From Octopus vulgaris (lineage: Eukaryota): a stretch of DNA of 64,000 nt. The notes under the pieces were generated by a model. It saw nothing but the letters and a program-made list of their open reading frames with translations. It made no database searches and was not told the DNA's origin. How positions within the stretch are numbered: the first letter of the stretch is position 1; every line of letters begins with the position of its first letter. The stretch lies in contig OX597835.1 in assembly GCA_951406725.2 (NCBI GenBank), positions 12,214,001 through 12,278,000 of the forward strand, given 5' to 3'. Of the stretch, positions 40,746-52,681 are shown piece after piece. The translations under genes were made by a program, and so were the position numbers.

Positions 40746-40749
<4 letters not shown>

Positions 40750-41050
40750 CATATATATATATATACACACTTGGAAAGGGACGCGTGGCGTTCAATTAAA
40801 TAACAATAATAAATAATATATATTTATGCTTACACAAGATGTGTGCATATATGTGTGTGGGTGTTATGTTTGCTTCTCACTACTCGACATATGTTGTTGA
40901 TTTGTTTGTATTCTCGTAGCTTAGCAGTTTGACAAAATGATCGATAGAATAAGTGACAGACTTATGAAAAGAACTCAGGTCATTCAACAAAACCTCTCAA
41001 GGCAATGTCCCAGCATACACCGGAGTAATGACAGAAACATGCAAAAGACC

Positions 41051-41111
<61 letters not shown>

Positions 41112-41213
41112 CAAAAACATTTATATATATATATAGATATATATTAATACATATATACAATATATTATGTTTGTATAAACATACACTTTTATAGATGGAA
41201 ATGTATGTATATG

Positions 41214-41275
<62 letters not shown>

Positions 41276-41357
41276 CATACATATATACATATATGCATAT
41301 ATATATAAATATATATATATACACATACACCCACACATATATACACACACACACATA

Positions 41358-41516
<159 letters not shown>

Positions 41517-41658
41517 ACACAAACAAGCGCATGCGCTCAAATTGATCGTTATTTTAGTCAATATGTATCTGCGTAGTCAGAAGCAGGTGTTGGTTAGCTT
41601 TTCATCGATAAAGTTTCAAGGTAAGATGACTGTCAGGTGGAACAAATAGTTTAATAAA

Positions 41659-41720
<62 letters not shown>

Positions 41721-42017
41721 ATATAATATAATATAATATCATTAACTAAAGTATTAGATAAATCCAGACGAAGATCATCAGATCATCAGTGAAGCGTGTT
41801 GTTGTCTTCCCTGCTCGATAGTTCCGAAGGCCGCCATGATTTATGTAAAAAAGGAAACAAAAAGGTAGTTAACAAGACATCTCTTGACACAACTTGTTTG
41901 CGATTTGAGACGAATAGAATATTTACTGAGTATATTGGAAATTTCATTTATTTGTTGTTTTTTTTTTTTTTGTCTGTGCGTTTCAATGGAAACAGGCTGC
42001 TGTTTCTGTTAAATAGT

Positions 42018-42395
42018 TCTCTAGAAAAACGCCGCCGCCGTGGTGATCTCATTCTCGCCCACAGCATCATAAGCGGAAAGTGTAACCTCTCGAAAGAGCT
42101 GTTCTTCACTCCTGCTCCAGAGCGTCGGCTGCGGGGTCATTCCGAAAAGCTCTACCTGCGACGATTTCATCTCAATCGAAGGAGAGGAGCTTTCTCCGTC
42201 CGGGTTGCGGATCCGTGGAACAAGCTGCTAGACGAGATGGTGAAGATGCCGACGACCGCTTTGTTCAAAGCCTCCCTTGACCTCAAGTGGCCTGAACTCT
42301 TTACATGAACACCACCCTGTACTTAACTCCATGTCCCCCTACATGGCCTTGCTATTTGCTTTTGAGCCAAATTAACTAACTAACTAACTAACTAA
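42018..42395 (+). mobile_element. CR1-clade LINE 3' end (ORF2 C-terminus, 3'UTR, (TAAC)n tail)
   Basis: SLEKRRRRGDLILAHSIISG...RGHSEKLY...RRGAFSVRVADPWNKL...FKASLD matches the CR1 ORF2 C-terminal pattern; stop at 42306-42308. Confidence 0.88.
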
Positions 42396-42789
42396 GTTTG
42401 CATTTGTCACGTTAAGTTCTGAGTTCAAATGCCGTCGATGTTAATTTTGCCTTTCGTATTTTCGGGCTCAGAGCGGTGATAAAATGTAGCACCGGTCAAG
42501 TACCCGGTTGGAAATACTCGACTTGCCCCTCCCCTCAAAAAACAAATTGGTTGACTTTGTGCCAAAGGATAACGTCTCATGGCAGAATTGTCAGAGCATC
42601 GTAAAAAAAATGCTATGCAGTAATTGTTCCCCTTCTTTACATTCTGGTTTCAAATACCGTCGGAATCAACTTCGACTTTTATCTGTTTGATAAAAGATAA
42701 TAGAAATACCCATCAATTACTAGAATTGACATGATCGACTCCCATTCCCCACGAAATTGCTGGCCTTGTGCCAAAATTTCAAACACCAC

Positions 42790-42855
<66 letters not shown>

Positions 42856-42868
42856 TATTATTATTATT

Positions 42869-43377
42869 CAGTAGTTTTATTTTTATAGCGTGCTTTCACT
42901 TCACTACCGAGCGCAGCTCTGTGTGCCTTGGGTATGTGCTGTGATTTGTTGTGATGCTCTGATGGTTATTGTATGGAAAGTGTTCTGCGTAGGATGCATG
43001 CAGTGCCTAGTAGTGCAATTTTCTGTATGTTATATGTGTTTGTAAGTCCTGGTGTTTTTGTTATGTATTTGTCTGGATATTTTTTTATCATGCCTAATGC
43101 ACCTACTATGATAGGAATTGCTTCTGTTTTTAGATTCCACATTCTGGTTACCTCTATTTCCAGGTCTTTGTATTTTGAAAGTTTCTCCATTTCTTTTAGA
43201 GACACGTTGTCATCTGCCGGTATTGATACATCAATTAGAAAGCATTTTTTTCCTTCATGATATCTGGCCTGTTGGCCTTAATTTCTCTATCTGTGTGTAT
43301 CGGCATATCCCAGAGTATGGTTGCTTTTTCGTTTTCTGTGACCTTTTCTGGTGTGTGCCTATATCATCTTTTTTCTG

Positions 43378-43380
<3 letters not shown>
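42869..43380 (-). mobile_element. Dong/R4-clade non-LTR retrotransposon 3' fragment inserted in (TAA)n
   Basis: ILWDMPIHTDREIKANRPDI../KKCFLIDVSIPADDNVSLKEMEKLSKYKDLEIEVTRMW..IPIIVGALG..IQKIALLGTACILRRTL is a restriction-like endonuclease (PD..D) domain. (TTA)n on both sides, the known Dong target type. Confidence 0.88.
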
Positions 43381-43453
<73 letters not shown>

Positions 43454-43661
43454 TACTGAACTAGCAGAATCGTTTGAGCTTTGAAAAAAATGCTGAGCGG
43501 TTTTTCTTCATGCCATTGAAATCATAAACTCAAATCCCTCCAAAACTGGCTTTTCCTTTCATCCTTTCGGGGTCTATAAAATATGTATCAGTTTGAGCTC
43601 GGGGGGCGGGTCAATGTAATCGATTAGACCGCTTCCCAAAATGTCAGGCCTCCTGCCAATA

Positions 43662-43987
43662 GGAGCACTCCGTCGGTAATAACGACGAGCGTCCCAGCTG
43701 ATACGATTAACGGAACAGCCTGCCCGTGAAATTAACGGGCAAGTGGCTGAGCACTCCACAGACACGTGTACTCCTAACGTAGTTCTCGGGGGAGATTCAG
43801 CATGACGCAGAGTGTGACAAGGCCGACCCTTTGAAATACAGGTACTACTCATTTCTGCCAGCTGAGTGGACTGAAGCAACGTGAAATAAAGGGTCTTGCT
43901 CAAGGACACATCGCGTCACCGGGGATTGAACTCACGACCTTTTAATCGTGAGCCGAATGCCCTAACCACCAAGCCACGCGCCTTCAC
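43662..43987 (-). mobile_element. SINE family A' (A-type 3' tail, different tRNA head and CORE-like block)
   Basis: Shares the A tail to gaaatacaggtac, then reads (minus) gtgaaggcgcgtggcttggtggttaggg..gagttcaatccc..gtgtccttgagcaagac. Sits in the tail of a degraded C2 copy (43460-43660). Confidence 0.85.
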
Positions 43988-44018
43988 CATCAGCCAAAAG
44001 TAGAAAGAATTCAAGGGT

Positions 44019-44429
44019 AGGCGCAGGAGTGGCTGTGTGGTAAGTAGCTTGCTTACTAACCACATGGTTCTGGGTTCAGTCCCACTGCGTGGCAACTTGG
44101 GCAAGTGTCTTCTGCTATAGCCTCGGGCCGACCAATGCCTTGTGAGTGGATTTGGTAGACGGAAACTGAAAGAAGCCTGTCGTATATATATGTATATATA
44201 TGTGTGTGTATATGTTTGTGTGTCTGTGTTTGTCCCCCTAGCATTGCTTGACAACCGATGGTGGTGTGTTTATGTCCCCGTTACTTAGCGGTTCGGCTAA
44301 AGAGACCGATAGAATACGTACTGGGCTTACAAAAGAATAAGTCCCGGGGTCGAGTTGCTCGATTAAAGACGGTGCTCCAGCATGGCCGCAGTCAAATGAC
44401 TGAAATAAGTAAAAGAGTAACAGAGTAAG
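44019..44429 (+). mobile_element. SINE family B
   Basis: Full length; probable TSD agggtag; followed by a degraded C copy at 44430-44590. Confidence 0.92.
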
Positions 44430-44953
44430 AGGGTAGCGAGATGGCAGAATCGTTAACACGAAATGTTTACTGGAATTTCGACCAACTTTACGTTCTGAGT
44501 TCAAATTCCGCCGGGGTCGAATTTGCTTCCATCTTTCTGGGATTGATAAAATAAAGCAACAGTCAAATACCAGAATCAATGTAACTAACAAACCTTCCCG
44601 GTATGTTTTGTAGGCATTTTATCTTAATTAAAACCATAGCAAAATTAAACACTTCCACGTTGTTAATGTCTTATCTCTTTCGTCTTTTCTATTTGTCTCT
44701 CTACATGAATATACAAATGTATTGGATGCATGTGTGTATGTGTGTGCGTGTGTGTGTGTGAGGGTGTGTGTGTAAATAAGTCGATACATTAAATCGATTA
44801 TCAAACTGTGTTAGCTATAGGGACGCCTTCCTATGCTTATTTAATGCGTTCATGACCCAACATGCTTTGTATTTCAAAATAATTAAGCTACAAAAATCAA
44901 AGACACTGCGTAAACATAGGGTTGGTGGCGGAGAAACATACTTGAAGGAGCAC

Positions 44954-45076
<123 letters not shown>

Positions 45077-45216
45077 GTATATATATGTATGTAGATATGT
45101 ATGTATGTATGTATGTATGTATATTAGCAATTAAAAAAAACATCGTTGAAATTAGGTGGCCAGTATATAAAAATCCATTTAGGTAAAATTCATATATAAA
45201 GATAATACACACACAG

Positions 45217-45285
45217 GAGTATAGCGTAGTGGTTAAGAGCGCGGGCTACTAACCCCAAGATTCCGAGTTCGATCCCAGGCAGTGA

Positions 45286-45290
<5 letters not shown>
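45217..45290 (+). mobile_element. tRNA-derived head (pseudo-tRNA) followed by (TAA)n
   Basis: A box TAGCGTAGTGG (45222), B box GAGTTCGATCCC (45265), ggg-ctactaa-ccc anticodon-like arm; acceptor stem does not pair. Confidence 0.7.
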
Positions 45291-45333
<43 letters not shown>

Positions 45334-45397
45334 TGATAATAATAATAATAATGATAATAATAATAATAATGATAATAATAATAATAATAATAATAAT

Positions 45398-45449
<52 letters not shown>

Positions 45450-45659
45450 GTAATAATAATAATAATAATAACAGCGATTGTCGATGTGAGAACTGTTGCT
45501 GCTCATGTATTTTAATTTAATTAAAAAAAAAAAAAAAAATGAACGAACTATTGAGTTTGGTTTAATGGCCTACCAATGTATACTATGAGTTTCTTTGCCC
45601 TAGGAGTCGGGAAGACACTCGGCAAGAAATGGAAGCAAATTTGAAAGAAGAAGAAAAAA

Positions 45660-45723
<64 letters not shown>

Positions 45724-45795
45724 CAACAAAAACAACAACAACAACATCAAAAAATATGTTAGGAATGAGAACCCCGGTTGGAAATTTCCCCCAAG

Positions 45796-45832
45796 ACACC
45801 TGATGAAGCTGGAGAGTTTATCAACCGAAACG
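45796..45832 (+). ncRNA. Hammerhead core, 3' part cut off by a family B tail fragment
   Basis: acac-CTGATGA-agctg(gagagtttat)caacc-GAAAC, then a junction into the B tail (45834-45955). Confidence 0.5.
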
Positions 45833-46079
45833 GCTGATAGAATAAGCACTAGGTTTGCAAAGAATATGTTCTGGGGTCGATTTCTTCGACTAAAACCCTT
45901 CAAGGCGGTGCTCCAGCATGGCCGCAGTCAGATGACTGAAACAAGTAAAAGAACATAAATACACGCATACAAACATATATACATATATATGTCTCCTATT
46001 ATAACCCAGGGCTGACCAAAGACCTATGAGTGGATTTGGTAGACGGAAAATGAAAGACGCCTGTCGTATATATATATAT

Positions 46080-46410
46080 ATATGTGGGTGTGTATGTATG
46101 TATGTATGCATGTATGTATGTGTATGTGTGTGTATGTATGTATGTATGTATGTATGTATGTATGTGTGTGTGCATGCATGTATGTATGTATGTATGTATG
46201 TATGTATGTATGTATGTATGTATGTATGTGTGCGTGCATGTATGTATGTGTGTGCATACATGTATGTATGTGTGTGTATGTATGTATGTATGTATATATG
46301 TATGTATGTATGTATATATGTATGTATGTATGTATGTGTGTGTGTGTATGTATGTATGTATGCATGTATATATGTACGTATGTATGTATGTATGCATGTT
46401 TGTATGTGTC
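46080..46410. repeat. (TATG)n array expanding from a family B fragment (45999-46068)
   Basis: Direct reading. Confidence 0.9.
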
Positions 46411-46987
46411 ACAGATGTAGAAGAAAGATGGCCGAATCGATGCAATGAACTACTTTATAATATGGCTTTAGACCGTTGGAGAGAAAAAATCATTATTAAA
46501 ACCTTATGAGAGACTAAGCATAATCTACCAGTATATCAATCGACATGTCACTGCAAGCGAAAGGATACTGTATTTACAGAAGAAATTGAATGCGATAACA
46601 ATATATCTTATCTTTTACTGGTTCCAGTCATTAGACTGCGACCATGCTGGTGCACCGCTTTGTTGAGTTTTAGTCGAACGCAGCGACTCTAGAACTTGTG
46701 GTTATTTTTTTAAATTTAAGCCTGTAACTTATCTTATCGATTTCTTTTCTCGAAACGTTAAGTTATCAGGACGTAAACACTTCGAAACCGGATGTCAAGC
46801 GGTCGTGGAGTACAAACGCAGACACAAAGTCATATCCATGCGCAGACACACACATACATATATATACATATATACAGGGTTGGCCAAAAGTCACGCGACA
46901 GCAAATCAAAACTCCATAAACACTATCTGTAGTTTTGTATTGACTCGAATGGAAAAATGTATTATTTGTTCCATGTACTTCTCAAGA

Positions 46988-47602
46988 AGTGTTATCATAT
47001 ACATTGTTTTTTTCTTGATAGAAAAGATGGGCTACAGCAAATATTCTGCTCAATACCACAGATTTGCTAATGCCCTGATGCAGTACCAGGCATTGGTTCT
47101 CGTGGCTTCTGGTCTTAACTGATTGGAAGTGTTATCATGTACATTGTTTTGTCTTGGTATAAAAGATGGGCTACAGCAAATATTCTGCTCAATACTACAG
47201 ATTTGCTTGTCAGTTGTTTGACCTTAACCAGTTGAGCATGTCCCTTAGTGGCTGACGATATGTGCATCTCTGATCACGAGCAGAAGTAGTTGGGGAGCAT
47301 CATAGCCATGTGTTGAGAGGGATTCTTTGGGGTTTGAATAATTCGCCTCTGGTACTTTTGGTATTTCATTCAACATCCTTAAACAACCTTTATTCAAGGA
47401 CCATATAAGTAGGATGGGCTGCTCGACCTGAAGAAAATTCTAGCTGAGCCCCACTTGCAAGGTCATGCACTGTTAATCTTGATATGAGATCATCATGTTA
47501 TGCACATATGGTTGTCAGACGGGTCGTCATGATGGGTATACTGGGTTTCGTATATTTTACCCCAGTGTCACTTTGATGGCCTGCTCTGCCTTCTCACTCA
47601 AT
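46988..47602 (+). mobile_element. Probable retroelement 3' region with duplicated ~80-bp block, ending in a TAT/TAC-repeat tail
   Basis: gaagtgttatcat..aaagatgggctacagcaaatattctgctcaatac..cagatttgct at 46988 and 47127; ends ctcactcaatgatattattatt. Family unassigned. Confidence 0.45.
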
Positions 47603-48072
47603 GATATTATTATTACTAATATCACTACTACTATTACTACTACTTCTACTACCATTCTTACTACTATTACTACAACTACTACCACCACCACCACCACCAC
47701 TACTACTACAACTACTGGATAATGTGAAGGAACTTCTGCTCAATTCTTTGGTAGGTTCTGTGTTGGAGAAGAAGAGCCCTTTCGATCTTGTGGTGTCCAA
47801 TCTTGTCAGACGCCTTCTGAGGATGCAGCTATTCTGTTTATTCTGATCCTGCTCTGGTCATCTTCAGGTGCTACAGAAGCAGCGACACACGATTGGTTTC
47901 CTAACCGTTGACTCGTCCAAAATCAGTGGCTGTTTTTTGCTACCTGTCGTTATTCTCCTTAATCTTTCGACTTTGCCCTGTTTCTTAATAGGCCCTTACA
48001 TGGTTCGCATTCTTTCACATCTTAATAACACTATCTCTGACAGTTATCCCACAAAGCCGTAACAATCCCATT

Positions 48073-48292
48073 CCGAACCACATGGTTCTGGGTTCAGTTC
48101 TACTGCGTGGCACCTTGGGAAAATGTCTTCTACAATAACCTCGGGCCTTGTGGGTGGATTTGATAGACAGAAACTTGAAGAAGCTCGTCATATATGTATA
48201 TATACATATGTATGTGTGTATGCGTGTGTGTATCCCTGTATCTGTGTTTGTCCCACCACCACTTGACAACCGTTGTTGGTGTGTTTATATCC
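48073..48292 (+). mobile_element. Partial family B SINE
   Basis: aaccacatggttctgggttcag..ggcaccttggg..cttgacaaccg. Confidence 0.8.
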
Positions 48293-48407
48293 ATACATAT
48301 ATACATACACAACACTATCCACATGCATGCACACATTCACGCACGCGCAGAAACATAAACATTCAGAGAAAAAGAGTGACAGACGAACGAAAAGAAACAG
48401 ACGCTGA

Positions 48408-48470
<63 letters not shown>

Positions 48471-49149
48471 GAAGAGATAGGGAACGCACGCAGAAGCACT
48501 AAGAAGTATTAAGCATTAGAAAAGTCAACTGTCAAAGAAGTCAGCGTCGAATCAGCGGTGCCAAAACGGCTGTACCAAAACGGCTGTGCCATAACGTCTC
48601 ACACCCGAACATCACTTCCCATACATCAGAATTAGCTACTAGTGGCTCCAAGTGAAAATTTAGAATAGTAACCTTTATCACAACTTTGGCTTCGGTATTC
48701 AAAGGTGATTACATGAAGAATTAACTCTAAACCTGATACACCATCATCATACTATAATACAACTGAATGTCCAGCCACAATTTCATAATTAACGACTTAA
48801 ACAGGTTCTTCCATTCTGTATCATTAATCACTTCAGGTAATTAAGATGATGTGAATATAATTAACACGTCATCATAATGGTAATTAAATAAGTATGCGAT
48901 TAGAAAATTGCATTCTGTTTCCGTAAGCAATTTATTCTGCTCGGATAACAAAGTATCGGATAAGAATATCGTTGTCTCCCGGCATGTATGTAAGTGTATA
49001 CATATAGATACACACACACACACACACACACATGCACACGCATACATACACACACATACACACACATATAGAGAGAGAGTGAGAATGAGAGAAAGCGAGA
49101 GAAAATATATATATATAGATTGATAATTAGGTATAATACATATATTTAA

Positions 49150-49236
<87 letters not shown>

Positions 49237-49343
49237 GCATGTGTAAATATAAACATATATATATGTATGTATGTATATATGTATGTATGTATACGCACAA
49301 ATATATATACATATGTATGTGTGTGTATATACACAGATGCATG

Positions 49344-49386
<43 letters not shown>

Positions 49387-49760
49387 GCACGCACGCACAC
49401 ACATACATACATACATACATACATACATACATACATACATACATACATACATACATACATACATACATACACACACACATGTTTGTGTGTGAGAGTATGT
49501 ATGTATATATCTTTCAATAGCTTTTCTTCTTTCCCTGCAGCCACCCTGGGACACCGCCTTAAATGGTTTAGTCGAACAAATTAATCCTAGTACTTTTTAA
49601 AATAAGACGGATACGCATATTATTGTTCTCTTTTCGCTGAACCGCTATGTTACGAGTGCGTAAACAAACCGACAAACACACAGATGCGCGCCCGTGCACA
49701 TAGGCACACACACATACATAATACGCACACGCTCACACACATACACAAAAAAACACACAC

Positions 49761-49799
<39 letters not shown>

Positions 49800-49867
49800 G
49801 TATTTCTAAATTGAATTTTTCCCAGTAAGTTTAGAATAATATTCCCTCATATTATTATATATATATC

Positions 49868-49953
49868 TATAAAATTGGATGAACATTCCCCTACAAATTC
49901 CCTTCAATTAATACATTTCAAAATACTTTGAAGCGTATTATCTGAAGAAGGCA

Positions 49954-49992
<39 letters not shown>

Positions 49993-50074
49993 ATCCAAAC
50001 AAGAAAGCACAAAAAAAAACACAACAACGCGAGGATGAGGAACAAATATAGTATTATTGGACGCTCAGGAAAGA

Positions 50075-50122
<48 letters not shown>

Positions 50123-50268
50123 CACTACGCACGTTTCAATTCGTGTGTAGTATATAAGAAATACATCTTCTTACACATTGCCTTCTTCAGTTAATACGCT
50201 TCAAAATATTTTGAAATGTATTAATTGAAGTACGGGATTTTGAAGGGGAATGTGCATCCCATTATATA
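49868..50268. mobile_element. Inverted pair of Penelope-like terminal fragments, the minus arm carrying a hammerhead-like motif
   Basis: 49868-49957 is reverse-complementary to 50175-50268. Minus strand 50121-50194 reads CTGAAGA-aggcaa-tgtgtaagaa..ttcttatata..-GAAAC-gtgc-GTA-gtgaa. Confidence 0.6.
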
Positions 50269-50423
50269 TAACGCATTAAATGCTCTCAAAATATCGTTAT
50301 TCGGTTTGACTTCATTATTACAAATTATATGACTTGATGCAAGCACAAACTAGCCTGTCCTATATCACTACATCTTCCAATATATATATATATATGTAAA
50401 CATATATATATATACATATATAT

Positions 50424-50492
<69 letters not shown>

Positions 50493-50503
50493 CACTCACA
50501 CAC

Positions 50504-51161
50504 AAATATGAACCGTTTTTGGACCGAGTAGTGACTGGTGACGAGAAATGAGTTCTCTATAAAAGTATGAAGCGCCGAAGACATGGGTAGGGAAAGGAGA
50601 AACACCGGCAACCCAGGCTAAATAAGGTCTTCACCCACGTAAGTTGTTGTTATCTGTTTGGTGGGATATGAAAGATTTAGTCCATTTTGAGCTTTTAAAC
50701 CCAAAGCAAACGATAACAAAGGAGATCTACTACGAGCAGCTTGAACGGTTTGAGTCAGCGCTAGAAGAAAAACGATCATTTTTGGTTTCAAGACGAAAGG
50801 TGTTCTATCAGGAATGATTATCGGCCACATACAGCGATTATGACATTCCAAAGGCTGGAGTAGTTTGAATGGTAAACGATGCCCCACCCATCATATTCAC
50901 CGAGCATTGCCCCTTCTGGTTATCATTTATTCCACGGTCTTCAAAACCATTTATACGGAAAAAATAGGAATTCACTAGATGAGGTCAGAAAAGTACTGGA
51001 GGAGTATTTTCCGTTACGAACAAGTGAATTTTGGAAGAGGGACCTTGCAAGTCTACCAGAGAGATGGAAGAGCATTGTAGAAAATGAAGAAGGGTATTTC
51101 TTAGATTAAAAATATCTTTGTTTATCTTAATTTTGAAAAAAAAATGATAATAAAACCCGCA

Positions 51162-51168
<7 letters not shown>
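50504..51168 (+). pseudogene. Mariner transposase pseudogene (catalytic-domain half)
   Basis: [16 protein letters not shown]...LHPRKLLLSVWWD...HPSYSPSIAPSGYHLFHGLQNHL...LPERWKSIVENEEGYFLD*, with several stops and frameshifts. Confidence 0.92.
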
Positions 51169-51205
<37 letters not shown>

Positions 51206-51208
<3 letters not shown>

Positions 51209-51371
51209 CGCGGGACTGGCTGTATGGTAAGTAGCTTGCTAACCAACCACATGGTTCCGGGTTCAGTCCCATTGCGTGGCATCTTGGGCAAGTGTCTTCT
51301 GCTATAGCCCCGGGCCGACCAATGCCTTGTGAGTGGATTTGGTAGACGGAAACTGAAAGAAGCCTGTCGTA

Positions 51372-51426
<55 letters not shown>

Positions 51427-51635
51427 ATGTTTGTGTGTCTGTGTTTGTCCCCCTAGCATTGCTTGACAACCGATGGTGGTGTGTTTATGTCCACGTTACT
51501 TAGCGGTTCGGCAAAAGAGCCCGATAGAATAAGTACTGGGCTTACAAAGAATAAGTCCCGGGGTCGAGTTGCTCGACTAAAGGCGGTGCTCCAGCATGGC
51601 CGCAGTCAAATGACTGAAACAAGTAAAAGAAAAGA

Positions 51636-51636
<1 letters not shown>
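51206..51636 (+). mobile_element. SINE family B inserted in (TA)n
   Basis: Full length. Confidence 0.92.
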
Positions 51637-51668
<32 letters not shown>

Positions 51669-51673
<5 letters not shown>

Positions 51674-51850
51674 GAAATTTATAGAAAAGCAAAAGATGAA
51701 GACAGGTGTATGAACAACAAGCAAGTCTATTAGTTTGACGCTCGGGAAAATGAAAGTATTTTACGTTTCGAGCCTTCGCTCTTCAAGAGAAAGGAATATG
51801 ACAAAATAAACAGAGAAAGGGTGAAAAAAAAAAATAGAATATTTCGGCGG
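51669..51850 (-). mobile_element. Penelope-like terminal remnant (family E)
   Basis: Minus strand gaagagc-gaag-gctcgaaacgtaaaa..ttcccgagcgtcaaactaata..cacctgtcttcatcttttg matches 40225-40338. Confidence 0.55.
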
Positions 51851-52681
51851 TCTGGTGTTGACATCTATCAATAGCTTCAAAATTAATAGTGGCATTTGTG
51901 CCTGCTCGAGCTTATCTATTGTCGGTGTGGTTGTAGCTGCTGATGACGACAACGACGAAGAGGACGACGACGATAAGGATGATGATGATAATGATGATGA
52001 TGATGATGTGATGATGATGATGATGATGATGATGATTCATGAATAATCTATGAGACGATTTTTGACTGATTTATGCTTTATTTTATAATATATGGAGCAG
52101 CTGAGGTGGAAGTAACAATTTTCCTGACAACTTGAAACATTAAAGCGATTCGAGATAAGCTTAAAAAAATATGAAATAAAAAAATATATATAAAAAATAT
52201 AATATAATCCGTTTTGATCTTGGAAAGTTTGGAGTTAGCAGACCATCCTCTTTATTTTGTGTTTGTTTTGCGTTTAGTAGTAGCTTCTCTTTTTCTTTTC
52301 TTTTTTTTTTTTTTTTTCATGTTTTTCGTTTAATTTCTTCCGTTTTCACTTAATGATTTATTTGTGATATTTTAACATTCTGGTCATGCTTTGTATTCTT
52401 CTGCTAAAAGGTAACAACTAAATAAGGATTAATTATATATTTGGTGATAATTTACTGATTAGAGACTTTAGAACTGAATGCGTTATTGTCTTGTGTGTCT
52501 CATATCTGTCTAGTTTGCTTTTGTTCGCTTTTTTTGTTTTTTTTATCCTCAGATGTACGGATGTTCACATTCTGCAAAATTAAAAGGCAGTTTGTTAAAA
52601 CTTTCAGTTATCAGCAATTTAAGAGAACGCTAATGAAATAATGTTCACTTTTAACTTTGTCAAACAGAATAGTGCCGAGAA

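Noticed and set aside
45217-45290. Functional tRNA gene
   Set aside because: Acceptor and T stems do not pair properly; no poly-T terminator; runs into (TAA)n.
46872-46900. tacagggttggccaaaagt Tc1-like TIR stub (similar stub at 56082)
   Set aside because: No matching opposite TIR found nearby; too short to define an element.
51944-52036. Acidic D/E-rich ORF 51855-52046
   Set aside because: Product of a (GAT/GAC)n microsatellite.
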